Shown: positions 40,786 through 54,043 of the stretch, piece by piece
Layout of the letters: each line of letters begins with the position of its first letter
Numbering within the stretch: position 1 is the stretch's first letter
Assembly (NCBI RefSeq): GCF_001194135.2
Contig: NC_068995.1
Coordinates: 44,789,544 to 44,853,543, forward strand
Direction of reading: 5' to 3'
Length of the DNA stretch: 64,000 nt
DNA from: Octopus bimaculoides
Taxonomy: Eukaryota
Notes under the pieces: generated by a model
Told to the model about the DNA's origin: nothing
Database searches by the model: none
What the model saw: the letters and a program-made list of their open reading frames with translations, nothing else
Translations under genes and position numbers: made by a program

Positions 40786-41981
40786 AAGAGACAGAGAGAC
40801 TGTGCCTGTGTGTGATCATGTCTGTCTGTCTGTCTGTGTACATTTATGTTGTTTTCTGTTTAGCATTCCAAATATTGTTTATTGACCATAGAATAAATAA
40901 CTCTTATTCCTCCAGTCTCACCACAGAAAACAGAACTAACGTTAAATGTTTTTCTAGTTTGTTTCTTCTCCGCAAACATATTTATTCACCGATGTGCTGA
41001 AGTCAACATTCCCTCCAAGCCACAGCTGGTGTGGTGCTGCCGTGCAGTCAATGCATTGGTGCTGCACACATCTAAACGTTGTTGCTCATTTTTTATTCAC
41101 ACATTCACAAAGGTGCCATTGACAAGCTGCAGGAAAGTGTGAATGTCATGCACTTTGGCTCTGAGTGTGTAACCTTTTATAATACTCACCTGCCTGAAAC
41201 CACTTTTGGTTCTGTGGAACTAATATCCTGTTTTAATACTTTTGATACAAACCTACTTGAGACTGTCCTTGGTTCTTTGATACAACCTTTCTGTTTACTA
41301 CTTCAAATACTTCTCCCCACCCCAACTCCCAGTTGAAGAGTTTTTGTCTTGCAAGGTACTCGACCCTGTCAGTACTACTGCCACGTAAAAAGCACTGGTG
41401 CTTGTTTCCTCATAAGAAACGCCCAATATGCTCTGTGAAGTGGTTGGCATTAGGAGGGTCATCCAGCTGCAGGAACCATACCAAAACAGACAATGGAACC
41501 TGGTGCAGCTCCTGACTTTGCTAGCTCCTGTCAAACCATGAAACCCATGTCAACATGGAAAACTGACATTAAATGATGATGATGATGATGTGAATTAAAA
41601 CCATCAAAATTTCAAGATAATTTATGTTCTAAACAAAAATATTTTACTAAATTCTTCATAGTTTNNNNNNNNNNAAAGCAGTATATTTCAACAGAAATGT
41701 TCTAGACATACCATTTAGCTTCCAGATCTTTCCCCTCATGTTTGTCGTAATCCTTTTGATCCCAGCCCATCTGAGACCATCTCCGCTTCTCTGACAGCAA
41801 ACTTCCTGTTTTAAAAGTGGTCTAAATTGAAAGCTATTGAAATGCTATTTCATGCTCTAAACACCTGCTCAATAATAATAAAGTTATTTTACTAAATTCT
41901 TCCTTATTCTCCAAAAAATCTGGTAACAAAGGATTTAAGTATTTTTGCTCAGTGGTTGGAGAAAATTTCAAGATGTAGTAG

Positions 41982-42430
41982 GCACAGGCGTGACTGTGTG
42001 GTAAGAAGCTTGCTTCCCAACCCCGTGGTCTCAGGTTCAGTCCCACTGTGTGGCACCTTGGGCAAGTGTTTTTTACTATAGCCTAGGGCCGACAAAACCT
42101 TGTGAATGTATTTGGTAGATAGAAACTGAAAGAAGCTCATCGTGTGTATATATATGTGTGTGTGTGTGTGTGTATGTATGTCTGTGTTGTCCCCACTTCA
42201 CTGCTTGACANNNNNNNNNNGTGTGTATGTATGTCTGTGTTGTCCCCACTTCACTGCTTGACAACCGGTGTTGGTGTGTTTATGTCCCTGTAACTTAGTG
42301 GTTCAGCAGAAGAGACTGATAGAATAAGTACTAGGCTTAAAAGTAAAATAAACACTGGGGTTGATTTGTTCAACTAAAACCCTTCAAGGTGGTGCTCCAG
42401 CATGGCCGCAATCAAACGACTGAAACAAGT
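41982..42430 (+). mobile_element. SINE family B (spans a 10-N gap)
   Basis: Head to tail match with family B. Confidence 0.8.
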
Positions 42431-43536
42431 TTAAACAAAAGCATTGATTAGGGTACATTGCAGTAGTTACATGTAGTAGCACTTGTTTTAGTCATCGCCG
42501 TTAAGGTCAAGCTGGAGCACACCATGTATAGTGGCTTTGTGTGTGTTTTCTATATATCCTGTGATCCAATTTGGTTGTTGTTGTTGTTTCTTATGTTTGA
42601 AATCACTAGTTGTTCACTCATCTAATTAGGGGACTCTGTTCTATCCTTGTTATAACAAGTTCCAAATGTTTGGTCTGGAACACTAAAAGGAATATGATAT
42701 GGCATTCTTTAAAGTTTCAAGGTGGAGTCCTTTATTCTTTGTGGAAAACTGTTTTATTAATTCTTCACCATTAAATGATAAATTACTGTAGTGTACAGAG
42801 TCTTAATGCAAGAATGTGAAAAAGACATTTAAGCAGTCTGGTGATCTCTACCGTTCCACTTATTCCAGTATTTATTATCATAATGTAATAAATTTTATAT
42901 GCTGTGATATTTACAAAAGAGGAAATATTCTTTTATTACATATTAAATGTAACATAATAAATCAGGCTAAATTGTACAGACTACATACTATAGTAGGTAC
43001 TAAATATAGTACATACAACATTTTATAGTATTTATTTAGTACATTCTATGTAGTGTAATAGTTACTAAATATTTTATACTAAATATCATAAGACATACTA
43101 AATGGAACAGACTATATTCAATAGTAGCTACCATGTAGTACATGTAACGTGATACAACATGGGCTATTTTGTACATTCTATATGGTATAGTAGGTACTAA
43201 GTAATACATAACAGACATCTCCATACACACACACACATATTTTACAATACAAATAAGAAGATATTTTTTGAATGCAGAATTGCCGTTAGAACAGCAGAAA
43301 TATTGGGTAAATTACCCTTACAAAGCAGAAAAATTTGTCAACTACCAACCATGGGACTCAAACCCACATCCCCCAAGACTCTGGCTAAGTGCTTTACCAT
43401 TAAGCTAAACTGCCTGCTGACAAATTCATTTGTCAAATTTTGATGCTAAATAATACATACTAAACTGTATGTATTAATTAGTACATGTATAGTACAGTAG
43501 GTACTAACAAGTACATATGTTACAATATGTACTAAA

Positions 43537-43945
43537 TAGTGCGTTCGAAAAATATCTTTTTATTTGTACCGTACAGTACACATTTCAATACTTGTAAAAA
43601 AACAAAAGTTAGTTTGTTTATATACATTTTATACACACGCACGCGCAAACACAAACACTGACTGGTGCCCCAGAAAGATTTACCTATAATTAAAAAAGAT
43701 TCTTGAAAATTATTAGATAAAGCAATTATATATTTTGATCGTGCACTGTGATTTGTGTATGTTTCAGCTTTGAGTGCTTATAGTTTTGTTTGACTGTGAT
43801 AATGTCCTCAACAAATATGGCGTCTCAAGTTAAACGTGATGAAGTTGTTGCATTAAAATCAGCAGGAAAATCAAACAATGATGTTGCAAAACAGTATAGT
43901 GTCTGGAAAAGATATAATCAGTCTGGCACGACATCAAGCAATGCT
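43537..43945 (+). mobile_element. Tc1/mariner transposon 5' relic with transposase N-terminus
   Basis: ATG at 43817: MASQVKRDEVVALKSAGKSNNDVAKQYSVWKRYNQSGTTSS, resembling the N-terminal HTH of Tc1/mariner transposases with an internal deletion. A possible TIR start (TAGTGCGTTCG) lies near 43537. Confidence 0.6.
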
Positions 43946-44194
43946 ATAGTAGGCCTACTATAGTACATACTATATGATATAGTAGGTATACCATGGTATC
44001 TAATAGTATCAGATAGTTTATGATGTGGTAGGTGTAGTATAGTATTTACTTGTTAGGTCTTTGGTACGGTTTCTTCTTGAAAAGGTAATGACCCCTTTCA
44101 GTCATGAATGACCATGGGATTGTACCTAGACATCCCCCAAGGCACAAATCTGGGCAAGATTGTTTATGGAAGACCAGCTTATCGCCTTCAATAA

Positions 44195-44800
44195 TGTTTC
44201 AAATGTTGGCACAAGGTCAGTGGTTTTAGGGGAAAGGACGCTGGTTGATTAAATCAACTCTACTGTTCAACTGCTACTTATTTTTTTCAACCCCCGAAAG
44301 AAGGAAAGGCAAAGTCAACTTTGGTTGAATTTGAACTCTGGATGTAAAACTAGAAGAACTGCCTTTAAGCATTTTGTCAGGCACACTAACGATTCTGCCA
44401 GTTTGGCACCGTCAGTAAAAATGGTTCAAGATTTTGACATGAGGTCAGCTAAGTCGATTACATCGACCCCAGTGCTCAACTGATACTTATTTTATCAACC
44501 TTGACAGGATGAAAGGCAAAATTGACCTCGGCAGAATTTGAACTCGGATTGTAAAGACAGGCAAAATGCCATGAAGCATTTTTCCTGGCATGCTAACGGT
44601 TCTGCCAGCTCGCCATCTTCAGTAATAAGGGTTTCAAGTTTTGACGCAAAGCCAACTATTTTGAAAGAGGAGGCTAAGTGCTCAAGCGGTACTTATTTTA
44701 TCGACCTCTGAAAAGGAGAAAAGCTCCCGGAACATAAAAACAGGCAAAATGTCGTTAAGCATCTTGTATGGCATGCTAATGATTCTGCCAACTTTCCACT
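44195..44800 (-). mobile_element. Three tandem SINE family C copies, minus strand
   Basis: Three AGGCAAA..GAATTTGAACTC..GCAT..CTAA..TTCTGCCA-type units. Confidence 0.8.
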
Positions 44801-45948
44801 TTATCACCTTTGGAATAATAATAATAATAATAATAATTTCATGAAGTAAGCAGTACAGTGGTATTAGCTTATCAGAACATTCCCAGACTATATAAATATG
44901 TCAGTTATTGGAACATGTCAAAGAACTTACGTCTATGTGTGTGTTAACATGCTGTGTGTATGCTGTCTCAAACATTACATGTCCACAGCTTCTCCTCCTC
45001 CTAGTGACCTACAAAGGTTACATGCATCTCAAGAGTTCTTGCAATCATAAAATATGTTATTAGCTCTTCGAGTAATTCTTACTTTACTGATTCCTTAAAT
45101 TTCAAAACTAAACTGAATGGAATTTCGGGGTTTTACCATTTACCCTTCCTCGCAAGGAATGCTTTTGTTTGTTTGTATGTTTCTCTTTTGCCCCTTTTTT
45201 CTTTTTCCTTTTCTTTTTCTTGACAAATTCTTCAGTGTTGTCTTCTGTGCCTGGGAATTTTACCCACCACTACTACTACCTCAACCATTTATCTACCACT
45301 ACTTTTATCACTATATCTCCTATCACCACCACTGCTGCCACCTCCTCTCATTGCTCTAACCACTACCATCAACACCTCTATTACTGTTACTCCACTACCA
45401 CGTCTACTACCACCACCACCACCATTTTGATTATGAAGATTATTTCATACTAAAGTTGTGTGGGTTTGATGGTGCTGTAAATTTATACATTTCTTTAGTC
45501 TGTACATGTCCTTTATGTATCAAGCTGAGTATTGTAATAGTTGTATGGCTATGGGGAGACTACTTAGGGATTGATTGACTTAACTATTCCAGATGTTGTA
45601 AGGCATGGCTGTGTGGTATGTATGTATATCTAATGTGTATTAAACGATGAAGACAGACATTAAACGATGATGATGGTCCTCGCCTGTGCTTGTGCCATGT
45701 ACAAAGCACTACTCAACTCACCTGTACCTGTGCCATGTAAAATGCACTCAGTCCACTCTGCTGAGTGGTCGGTGTTAGGAAGGGCATCCAGCTGTAAAAA
45801 TTCTGCCCAAAACAGACACAGAAGCCTGGTGTAGGCTTCGGCCTGGCCGGCTCTTGTGGTACTGTCCCACCCATGCTAGCATGGAAGACAGATGTTAAAC
45901 GGTGATGATGATGATGTTGATTGATGATGATGATGAAAGAGAGCTAGT

Positions 45949-46167
45949 TTAACCAACTTTCAGATTACTCAGCCAAATCTTATGCTTTTTTTATTCAAAT
46001 TGTTTTGCATTATCTTAAAAGCTTTGAGGTTTTGATGAGGTGATTGTTAATTTTTTTTTAAATGTCAGTGTAGGTTAAGGTTTGAGAGGCTATGTGTGAT
46101 CAGCTTGAATGTAAAACATGCCGAGTATTTGAGCCAGATTGGGCTGGTTTATGTTGCTAAAGGGTTT
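45949..46167 (+). mobile_element. piggyBac-type MITE (family E), degenerate
   Basis: CAGATTACTC..GATGAGGTGATTGTT..GTAGGTT..TGCTAAAGGGTT. Confidence 0.6.
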
Positions 46168-46721
46168 GCGCTGGCTCAGTTTGTATTATAGTAACTGAGT
46201 GATGTGCTGATATATGCTAAAGTTGCTTCATTAAGGAAGCAATGGGAGAAGGTTAGGGGGTACTAATTGACATTTAGCAGGTATAAGTTGTGTGTGTGTA
46301 AGTGTGATGTTGGTGGTGAGGGCAAATATTTGTAACAAGTAAACAGAAATTTGAATAACATCCACACATTCTTACAACACTGGGTGGGTGGAGTGAAAGA
46401 CGGGTGGGGCCGGGAAGAGGGTGGCGGTATGTTTAGTGAAGCAACATAATGAAGAGTAAACTGCAATCTGCACAGCTGACATAACATACATTCATTAACT
46501 GACAAGTGTATGTATGTGTGTTGTTTATACGTGTGTGTGTGTGTGTGATGTATTATTAGAGTTATGTTGTTTGTGTTAGGGTGGGTTGGGACAAGTTTGG
46601 AGGGTAACATGTAGAGAGACAAGTTAGGGTTAGTGGAGGGAATCATCAAATAAAATGTATAAATGTATATATCATCATTATAATTATTATTATTATAATT
46701 ATTATTATTAGTAGTAGTAGT

Positions 46722-47425
46722 AAGGCAGTGAGCTGGCAGAGTCATTAGCACGCTGGGCAAAATGTTTAGTGGCATTTTTTCTGTCTTCACGTTCTGAGTT
46801 CAAATTCCGCCGAGGTTGACTTTGCCTTTCATCCTTTCCGGGGTCGATAAAATTAGTATCAGTTATGCATTGGGGTTGATGTAATCGACTTATAATCCCT
46901 TCCCCCAAATTTGAGGCCCTGTGCTTCCAGTAAAAAGGATTAATATTATTATTATTATTATTATTGTTCTTGTTGTTGTTGTTAAGGTGGCAACCTGGCA
47001 GAATTGTTAGCACGCTGGATGAAATGCTTAGTGGTATTTTGCCCGTCGCTACATTCTGAGTTCAAATTCCTCCGAGATCAACTTTGCCTTTCATCCTTTC
47101 GGGGTCGATAAATTAAGTACCAGTTGAAGACTGGGGGTCGATGTAATCGACTCATCTCCTCCCACAAAATTGCTGCCCTTGTGGCAAAATTTGAAACCAT
47201 TGTTGTTGTTGTTGTTGTAACTGGCTGAATCATTAGTGTGTCAAACAAAAATACTTACCAGCATTTCTCCCACCTCTTTACATCCTGAGTTCAAATTCTA
47301 TTGAAGTCGACTTTGCTGTTCATCCTCTTGGGGTTATTAAAATAAGTACTGATTGAACACTGGGAGTGATGTAATTAACTAGTCCCTCCCCACAAATTCC
47401 AGGCCTTGTGCCTAGAGTAGAAATT
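46722..47425 (+). mobile_element. Three tandem SINE family C copies, plus strand (two more at 48250-48680)
   Basis: Copies start at 46722, 46984 and 47218, each with CTGAGTTCAAATTC..ACTTTGC..TCATCCT. Confidence 0.85.
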
Positions 47426-49398
47426 ATCACCATTGTTATGGGAAAGGTGGATGGCCTAAGTGGTCAGTCAACTAGGTCCTGTAACAAAAGGCTGCAAGTT
47501 CAGTTCCTGGTCTGGAAGTTGTGTTGGATTCTTAGGTAAAGCTCTTTATTTGACATTGCTCCTGTCCACTCAGATGGCCAAAATGAGTGACCAACTGGTC
47601 AGTGCCAACTTTGTAACAACATCGTTATAGAGTCAATGGTATGGCCTAAATCCTTCAAACATGAAGAGAAGTATATCCAATGGTGAACTGTTTATATCTT
47701 ACCATTATTCTTAAAAGGTAATGGATTAATGGATTTGTTAGTGTCACGTATAAAGCACCCTCATACCACTCTGTAAAGTGGTTGGCTTTAGGAAGGGCAT
47801 CCAGCCGCAGAAACCATACCAAAACGGACAATTGGAGCTTAGCCAGTTCTTGTCAAACTGTGCAACTCATGCCAGCATGGAAAACAGACGTTAAACGATG
47901 GTGAGGATTTGTTCTGGTGCTTTACATTTTGAGTTTAAATCCCACTGAGGTCAGCTTCACCAATGTTGGTGTGATGTAAAAAGCACATAGCACACCCTGT
48001 TGAGTGGTTGCTGTTATGAAGGGCATCCAGTTGTGGAAACCATACCAAAGCAGACGTAGAACTTGGTGGGGCCCTCTGACTCTTTTGTTCTCGTCAAACT
48101 GTCCAACCCATGCCAGCAGGAAAAGGACATTAAATGACGGTGATGATGACAATAATGACTCATAATTAAGCACCAGTTAAATACCCTAACCCTAACCCCT
48201 CCATTGTACCTCATTAGAAACAATTAGAGATCAGTGGATCAAAGATAGAATTGGTTGAGCTTTGGGTAAAATGTCTTATGCTTGTTTATGTTCTGTGTTC
48301 AAATCCAATTGAGGACACCTTTACCTTTTGTCCTTTCAGGGCTGATAAAATGAAGGACCAGTCAGCTACTGAGGTCTCCCCTAAATTTTTGGCTTTGTGC
48401 CTATGTTGGAAATAGCTATTATAATTGATAGTCTATTTAATGAATAATCATTTCTTTAAAGACATCAGTTCACCATCATTAACATTTTAGCGTCCACTTC
48501 TTTTTTGACTTGACAGCATTTCATCCATCTTCATGCTCTGAGCTCAACTTCCATTTCAGCCGTCTTTGTCTTTCATCCTTTTAGGATCAATAAAATAAAT
48601 TCCCGTTGGATATTGTGATCAATCTAATCAACTTACCCTCCTCTCCCTCCCCCCAAATTGCTGGCCTTGTGTCAAAGTTTGTAATCATCATTATAATTGA
48701 CTGGCTTGTCTTCTCTTTACTGAATTCATTTACAATGAACTCTTAAACACAGCTTGGGGGCTACAGCAGAAGGCATTTGCCCCTCGGTGCTGTGCAGTAG
48801 GACTGAACCTTAGACCACGATGTTGGGAAGCGAACATCATAACCCAACAGCCATATTTCTAGATTATATAAACCATTTATTACTTTCTCTAGCCAGTAGA
48901 CATTTTCTGTTGATATTAAATAAATAATTTCTTTTATTTTTTTCCATTCCCCTCCACCACCTCATCTCTTTCTCTGATCTCACTTCAGTAACTTACAATC
49001 ATCAATATATTATAGTATTGATTTATTCTCTTCCTCTTTCTCCTCCCACCTCACCTCTTCTGTCCTCCTCTTTTTTAACACACTCACAACTCTTAAGCAC
49101 AGCAACCTAACCCATCGTGTGCAATCATCTCCTTTCTCTTGATATCGCTTGATATATTTATTTCATCACACCCCTAAACAGATGCTGGTAATGATATTCC
49201 AACATCTGCAGCTGCTAGATCTGGCTAAATTAACTGCGTAAATTTACACATCTCTAATTAGTCGAGGAAGATTTTGTAATTCACCACATTAGCACACTTT
49301 TACTATATTGTGTGCTAATGTGGTTGTGTAATTATAGCCCTCACATCTTAAAGTATCAAACCTACACCACAAAATAATGGTTTGTTGTGCCTAGTAAC

Positions 49399-49487
<89 letters not shown>

Positions 49488-49488
<1 letters not shown>

Positions 49489-49865
49489 GGGTGTGTGGTA
49501 AGAAATTTGCTTCCCAACCACATGGTTCCAGGTTCAGTCCCACTGCATGGCACTTTGGGTGAGTATTTTCTACTATAGTTTCGGGCTGACCAGAGCCTTG
49601 TTGCTGGATTCGGTGAGATAGAAACTGAAAGAAGCCTGTTGTATGTATGTATGTATGTATGTATGTTCATATATCTGTGTTTCCGCCCCCACCGCTGCTT
49701 GACAGTGTGTTTATGTCCCCGTAACTTAGTCGTTCATCAAAAGAAAACCAATATAATAAGTACTAGGTTTAAAAAAAAAAAAGTACTTGGATTGATTCAT
49801 TCAACTAATATTCTTCAAGGTGGTGCTCCAGCATGGCTGTAGTCTGATGACTGAAACAAGTAAAT
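49488..49865 (+). mobile_element. SINE family B
   Basis: Head to tail match; a further head fragment lies at ~49905-50010. Confidence 0.8.
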
Positions 49866-50055
49866 GCACACACACATCTATCAATCCATAAGATGCACAA
49901 GCAAGGCTGTGTGGTTGAGAACTATGAGTGCATGGTTTCAGGTTCAGCCCTAGTGTGTGACACTTTGAGCAAGTATCTTGTGAGTGGATTTGGTACATGC
50001 AAACTGTCATATATACATATGCATGTGTGTGTCTCTCTCTCTTTTTCTTTCTCTC

Positions 50056-50086
<31 letters not shown>

Positions 50087-50113
50087 CTCCTTCTCTTTCT
50101 CTCTCTTTCTCTC

Positions 50114-50149
<36 letters not shown>

Positions 50150-50918
50150 TCTGTCTCTTTGTCTTCATATTGTGTAATAGTTGTAAATGAGCGTTACCAT
50201 CTTGTACACACACACACACAGTCCTGTGTTTCCAATCTTCCATGAAAACATGTCTGGCCATGGCAGAATATTACCTGACTTAGAAACAGGTGAGGGTTCA
50301 TGACAGGAAGGGCTTCCAGCTGTAGGAAATCTGCCTCAACAAATTCTGTCTGACCCGTTGGAACATGGAAAAGTGGACATTAAAATGATGATGTTAATGA
50401 TGTATAAAAATAATGTGTATGTGTATTTATACATCCACATTGTGATAATTATTTTGGCAGTGGTTTTTCCATGCTGGCATGGATTGGTCTGGCCTTCTCC
50501 AGCACAAAATTCCACCACTTCTTGTGTTCCTTTGTCACCTCTTTTATGAAGTTTAAGTTTCCTGAGTTTCGGCTGTTACCATTTCTTTGCCAGCCCTTGT
50601 AAAACCGTCCAACCCATTCTAGTATGGACAATGGATGTTAAATGATGACGATCTGTCTTCTGTCTTCCTTTGCCACCAATTTCTTCCACATCAATACCTT
50701 GGTGGCACTCCTCCTCCTCCTCCTCCTCCTCCTCATCATCATCATCATCATCATCATCATCAACATCTACATACCAAGGAAAGCTATTTATTTCTCTTTT
50801 AAAGCACGTTACAATCGATTCCTCTCATACTCAGTTTTTCTCTCTCAGCTCATCTGTGCCCCATTATTCATTGTTAAGCACATCCAGTAGATTGTGCTTA
50901 ATTCTTTTCCTTTCGACC

Positions 50919-50955
<37 letters not shown>

Positions 50956-51254
50956 TGCATTCACTGCATGCATCTCACTACCCTAAATACATCATCATCA
51001 TCATCTCACATCCATTTGCCATGTGACATGAGTTGCACAGAAACTGGAGAGCTGCACCAGGCTCCAATTGTCTGTTTTGGCATGGTTTCTGCAGCTGTGT
51101 GCCCTTCCTAATACCAACCATATTACAGAGTGTAATGAGTGCTTTTTATGTGGCACCAACATGGGTGCTTTTTTTCATGGCATCAACATACATATAAATA
51201 TATATATATATGATACATATATATGTATGTATTTGTATACAAGTGAATATATTC

Positions 51255-51680
51255 TTTTCTACTCTAGGTACACAGCCCGAAATTTTGGGGGAAGTGGGGC
51301 AGTCGATTAGATCGAACCCAGTATGCAACTGGTACTTATTGACCCCGAAAGGATGAAAAGCAAAGTTGGCCTCGGCGGAATTTGAACTCAGAATGTAAAG
51401 ACAGACGAAATACTACTAAGCATTTCGTACGGCGTGCTAATGTTTCTTATTTCTTTATTGCCCACAAGGGGGCTAAACATAGAGGGGAGAAACAAGGACA
51501 GACAAACGGATTAAGTCGATTATATCGACCCCAGTGCGTAACTGGTACTTAATTTATCGACCCTCAAAGGATGAAAGGCAAAGTTGACCTTGGCAGAATT
51601 TGAACTCAGAACGTAAAGACAGATAAAATACTACTAAGCATTTTGCACGGCGTGCTAACGTTTCTGCCAGCTCGCTGCCT
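51255..51680 (-). mobile_element. Two tandem SINE family C copies, minus strand
   Basis: Reverse-complement C consensus. Other C copies: 953-1095(+), 6240-6400(-), 15055-15200(-), 26790-26990(+), 35310-35505(-), 37160-37345(+), 52815-52985(-). Confidence 0.85.
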
Positions 51681-51779
51681 ATATATGTAAATATATTATC
51701 ATATATATGTATATATTTGTGTACCTAGTTTAATTGTGAAAGTGTGTTTGTGTGTGTGTATTTGGTGCAGCACCTTGAG

Positions 51780-51934
51780 CATGGCTGTGCGGTAAGTAGC
51801 TTGCTTTCCAACCACATAATTCTGGGTTCAGTCCCACGGCATGACACCTTGAGCAAGTGTCTTCTGCTATAGCCTCGGGCCGACCAAAGCCTTGTGAGTG
51901 GATTTGGTAGACTGAAACAAGCCCGTTGTATGTT

Positions 51935-51969
<35 letters not shown>

Positions 51970-52135
51970 GTGTCTGTGTTTGTACCCCCTTCAACACTTG
52001 ATAACTGATGTTGGTGTGTTTACGTCCCTGTAACATTAGCAGTTCAGCAAAAGTGGCCAACAGAATAAGTCCTGGGGTCAACTAGAAGCAGTGCTCCAGC
52101 ATGGCTGTAGTCAAATGACTGAAAGAAGTTAAAGA
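51780..52135 (+). mobile_element. SINE family B
   Basis: Head to tail match. Confidence 0.8.
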
Positions 52136-52146
52136 ATATATATATG

Positions 52147-52183
<37 letters not shown>

Positions 52184-52435
52184 TGTGAATAATATCCTTG
52201 TTTAAAAATATCTATCTAGCTATCTCTCCATATATATATATATTACAGTCTAATATATACGTGTAATCTATATACATATATCTATGTATGTATAAAGCAT
52301 ATCTAAGTTTGGTGGGGATGGTGAGAGGATAGACAGTTTAAGTGGGGGTAGAATGTTATAATTTTGTGTGTGTCTGCATATATTTTTCTCTTTCTCTTCC
52401 TCTCAACCATGGCAACAAGTACTGTCTTATATAGG

Positions 52436-52486
<51 letters not shown>

Positions 52487-53998
52487 GTACACTCGCTTCT
52501 AATGAAATATGTTGCTACCAGGTTCTCTACCTGCTTGTCTGTCTGTCTCACTTCATAATTTATTCATCTCGTTATCTCTTTAATGTGTCTGTTTGATTTG
52601 TTGGCTAATGATTTCGAGGTTTGATAATTCTATATTCATTTATTCTATTGTTTCACTTTGTGATACAGTAAATATACTTAACACCAACAAGAGAGCCGCT
52701 ACATGGTGGAACGACATTCTAGAAATAGCAACCAAATCTCCCTTATATTACACCCCGTCGCCTGGGAGAAATAGAATAATGCTAATCTTTGATATACTGT
52801 AATAATGGTTTCAGTTTTGGGTGCATTTATATCAATCCCAGTATTCGACTGGCACTTATTTTACCGACCCCGAAAGGATGAAAGGTAAAGTGGACCCCTG
52901 CAGAATTTGAACTCGGAATGTAACGGCTAGTGAAGTACTGCTAAGCATTTTACACAGCATGCTAACAATTCTGCCAGCTTGCCCCCTTAGATATGATGTG
53001 ATAATAGCCTAGGAAGGCCACATCTGGATTGTCTGTGGTCTTTCCTGTGTTACAGAGTTAACCTTGGGCTAAATGGCAGTTAAATTTGTTCCACACGCAA
53101 ACAGCTACTTATATAAAACTGTGTAGGAATAATTAACAAACACTACTAATTATGAATTCTGTTAATTAGTGAAGCTGGATGAGAATTGAATTAGTATCAA
53201 CTATTTTTTTACCCCAGGATAAAGGTGCAAATGTAGGGGTGGTGATGCTGGCAGTTGAACTACACTGGATAATATAGTCCAACATATATGTAAAACGGTG
53301 GATGGTCCTGTTTGGAATACTTTTGATTGTATGCCTGCTTTGTCAAGGCTGGCCAAGGGCTGAACAACTGCTACTAGTTGCTGCTGCTGCTGCTCCTACT
53401 ACTACTGCTACTCTGTTGTTACTACTATTACCCCCACCACTAATGTAATCAGAACTACTGGAAGTACTATTACCATCACCACCACCACTATTAACACTTC
53501 CTTCCCCCTCATAGTTAGCTAGTACCATTCTCACCACCACTACATTCTGTACTCTGTGACCCCCCCCCCCCCAAGAAACTATTCCAAATAGTTTGCTGCT
53601 GGAAATCTGTGGCATACGCGCACACACACTGAAATAATCACACACACACACATACACATATGTGTGTGTGTTAATGTTTGTTTTTATGTTCAGTTATAAT
53701 GAAAGCAACTTTACATTAATCTGCTGGGTTACTCTATACTGTTCTTGAATACAAATTTATTATTCTTAAACAAGAATATTATTGACAGTGACTTCGAAGT
53801 TAACTGCTTAACTGACCGAATCTTCAGAGTTAATGTAAGTAATATCCTTGTTTGAGAATGATACATATATATATATATATATATGGCTAAGTGGTTAGAG
53901 CATTGAGCTTACGATCGTGATGCTGTGAGTTCGATTCCCTATATATATATGGCTGATAGTTAGCAAGGTGAGACACACATAAGAAAGAAGGAAACAAA

Positions 53999-54043
53999 GG
54001 ACCACTGATGAGGTCACAGAAGTGTGACGAAAGAACTCTGGCC
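53999..54043 (+). ncRNA. Minimal type I hammerhead ribozyme with intact core
   Basis: GGACCA-CUGAUGA(54005-11)-G-GUCACA/GAAG/UGUGAC (6-bp stem II)-GAAA(54029-32)-G-AA-CUC (2-bp stem III; predicted cut after C54038)-UGGCC (stem I partner, one mismatch or bulge). Confidence 0.75.

Noticed and set aside
43944-43963. 20-bp perfect palindrome CTATAGTAGGCCTACTATAG
   Set aside because: It lies in low-complexity TAGTA/TACTA sequence at the breakpoint of the Tc1 relic; little independent meaning.
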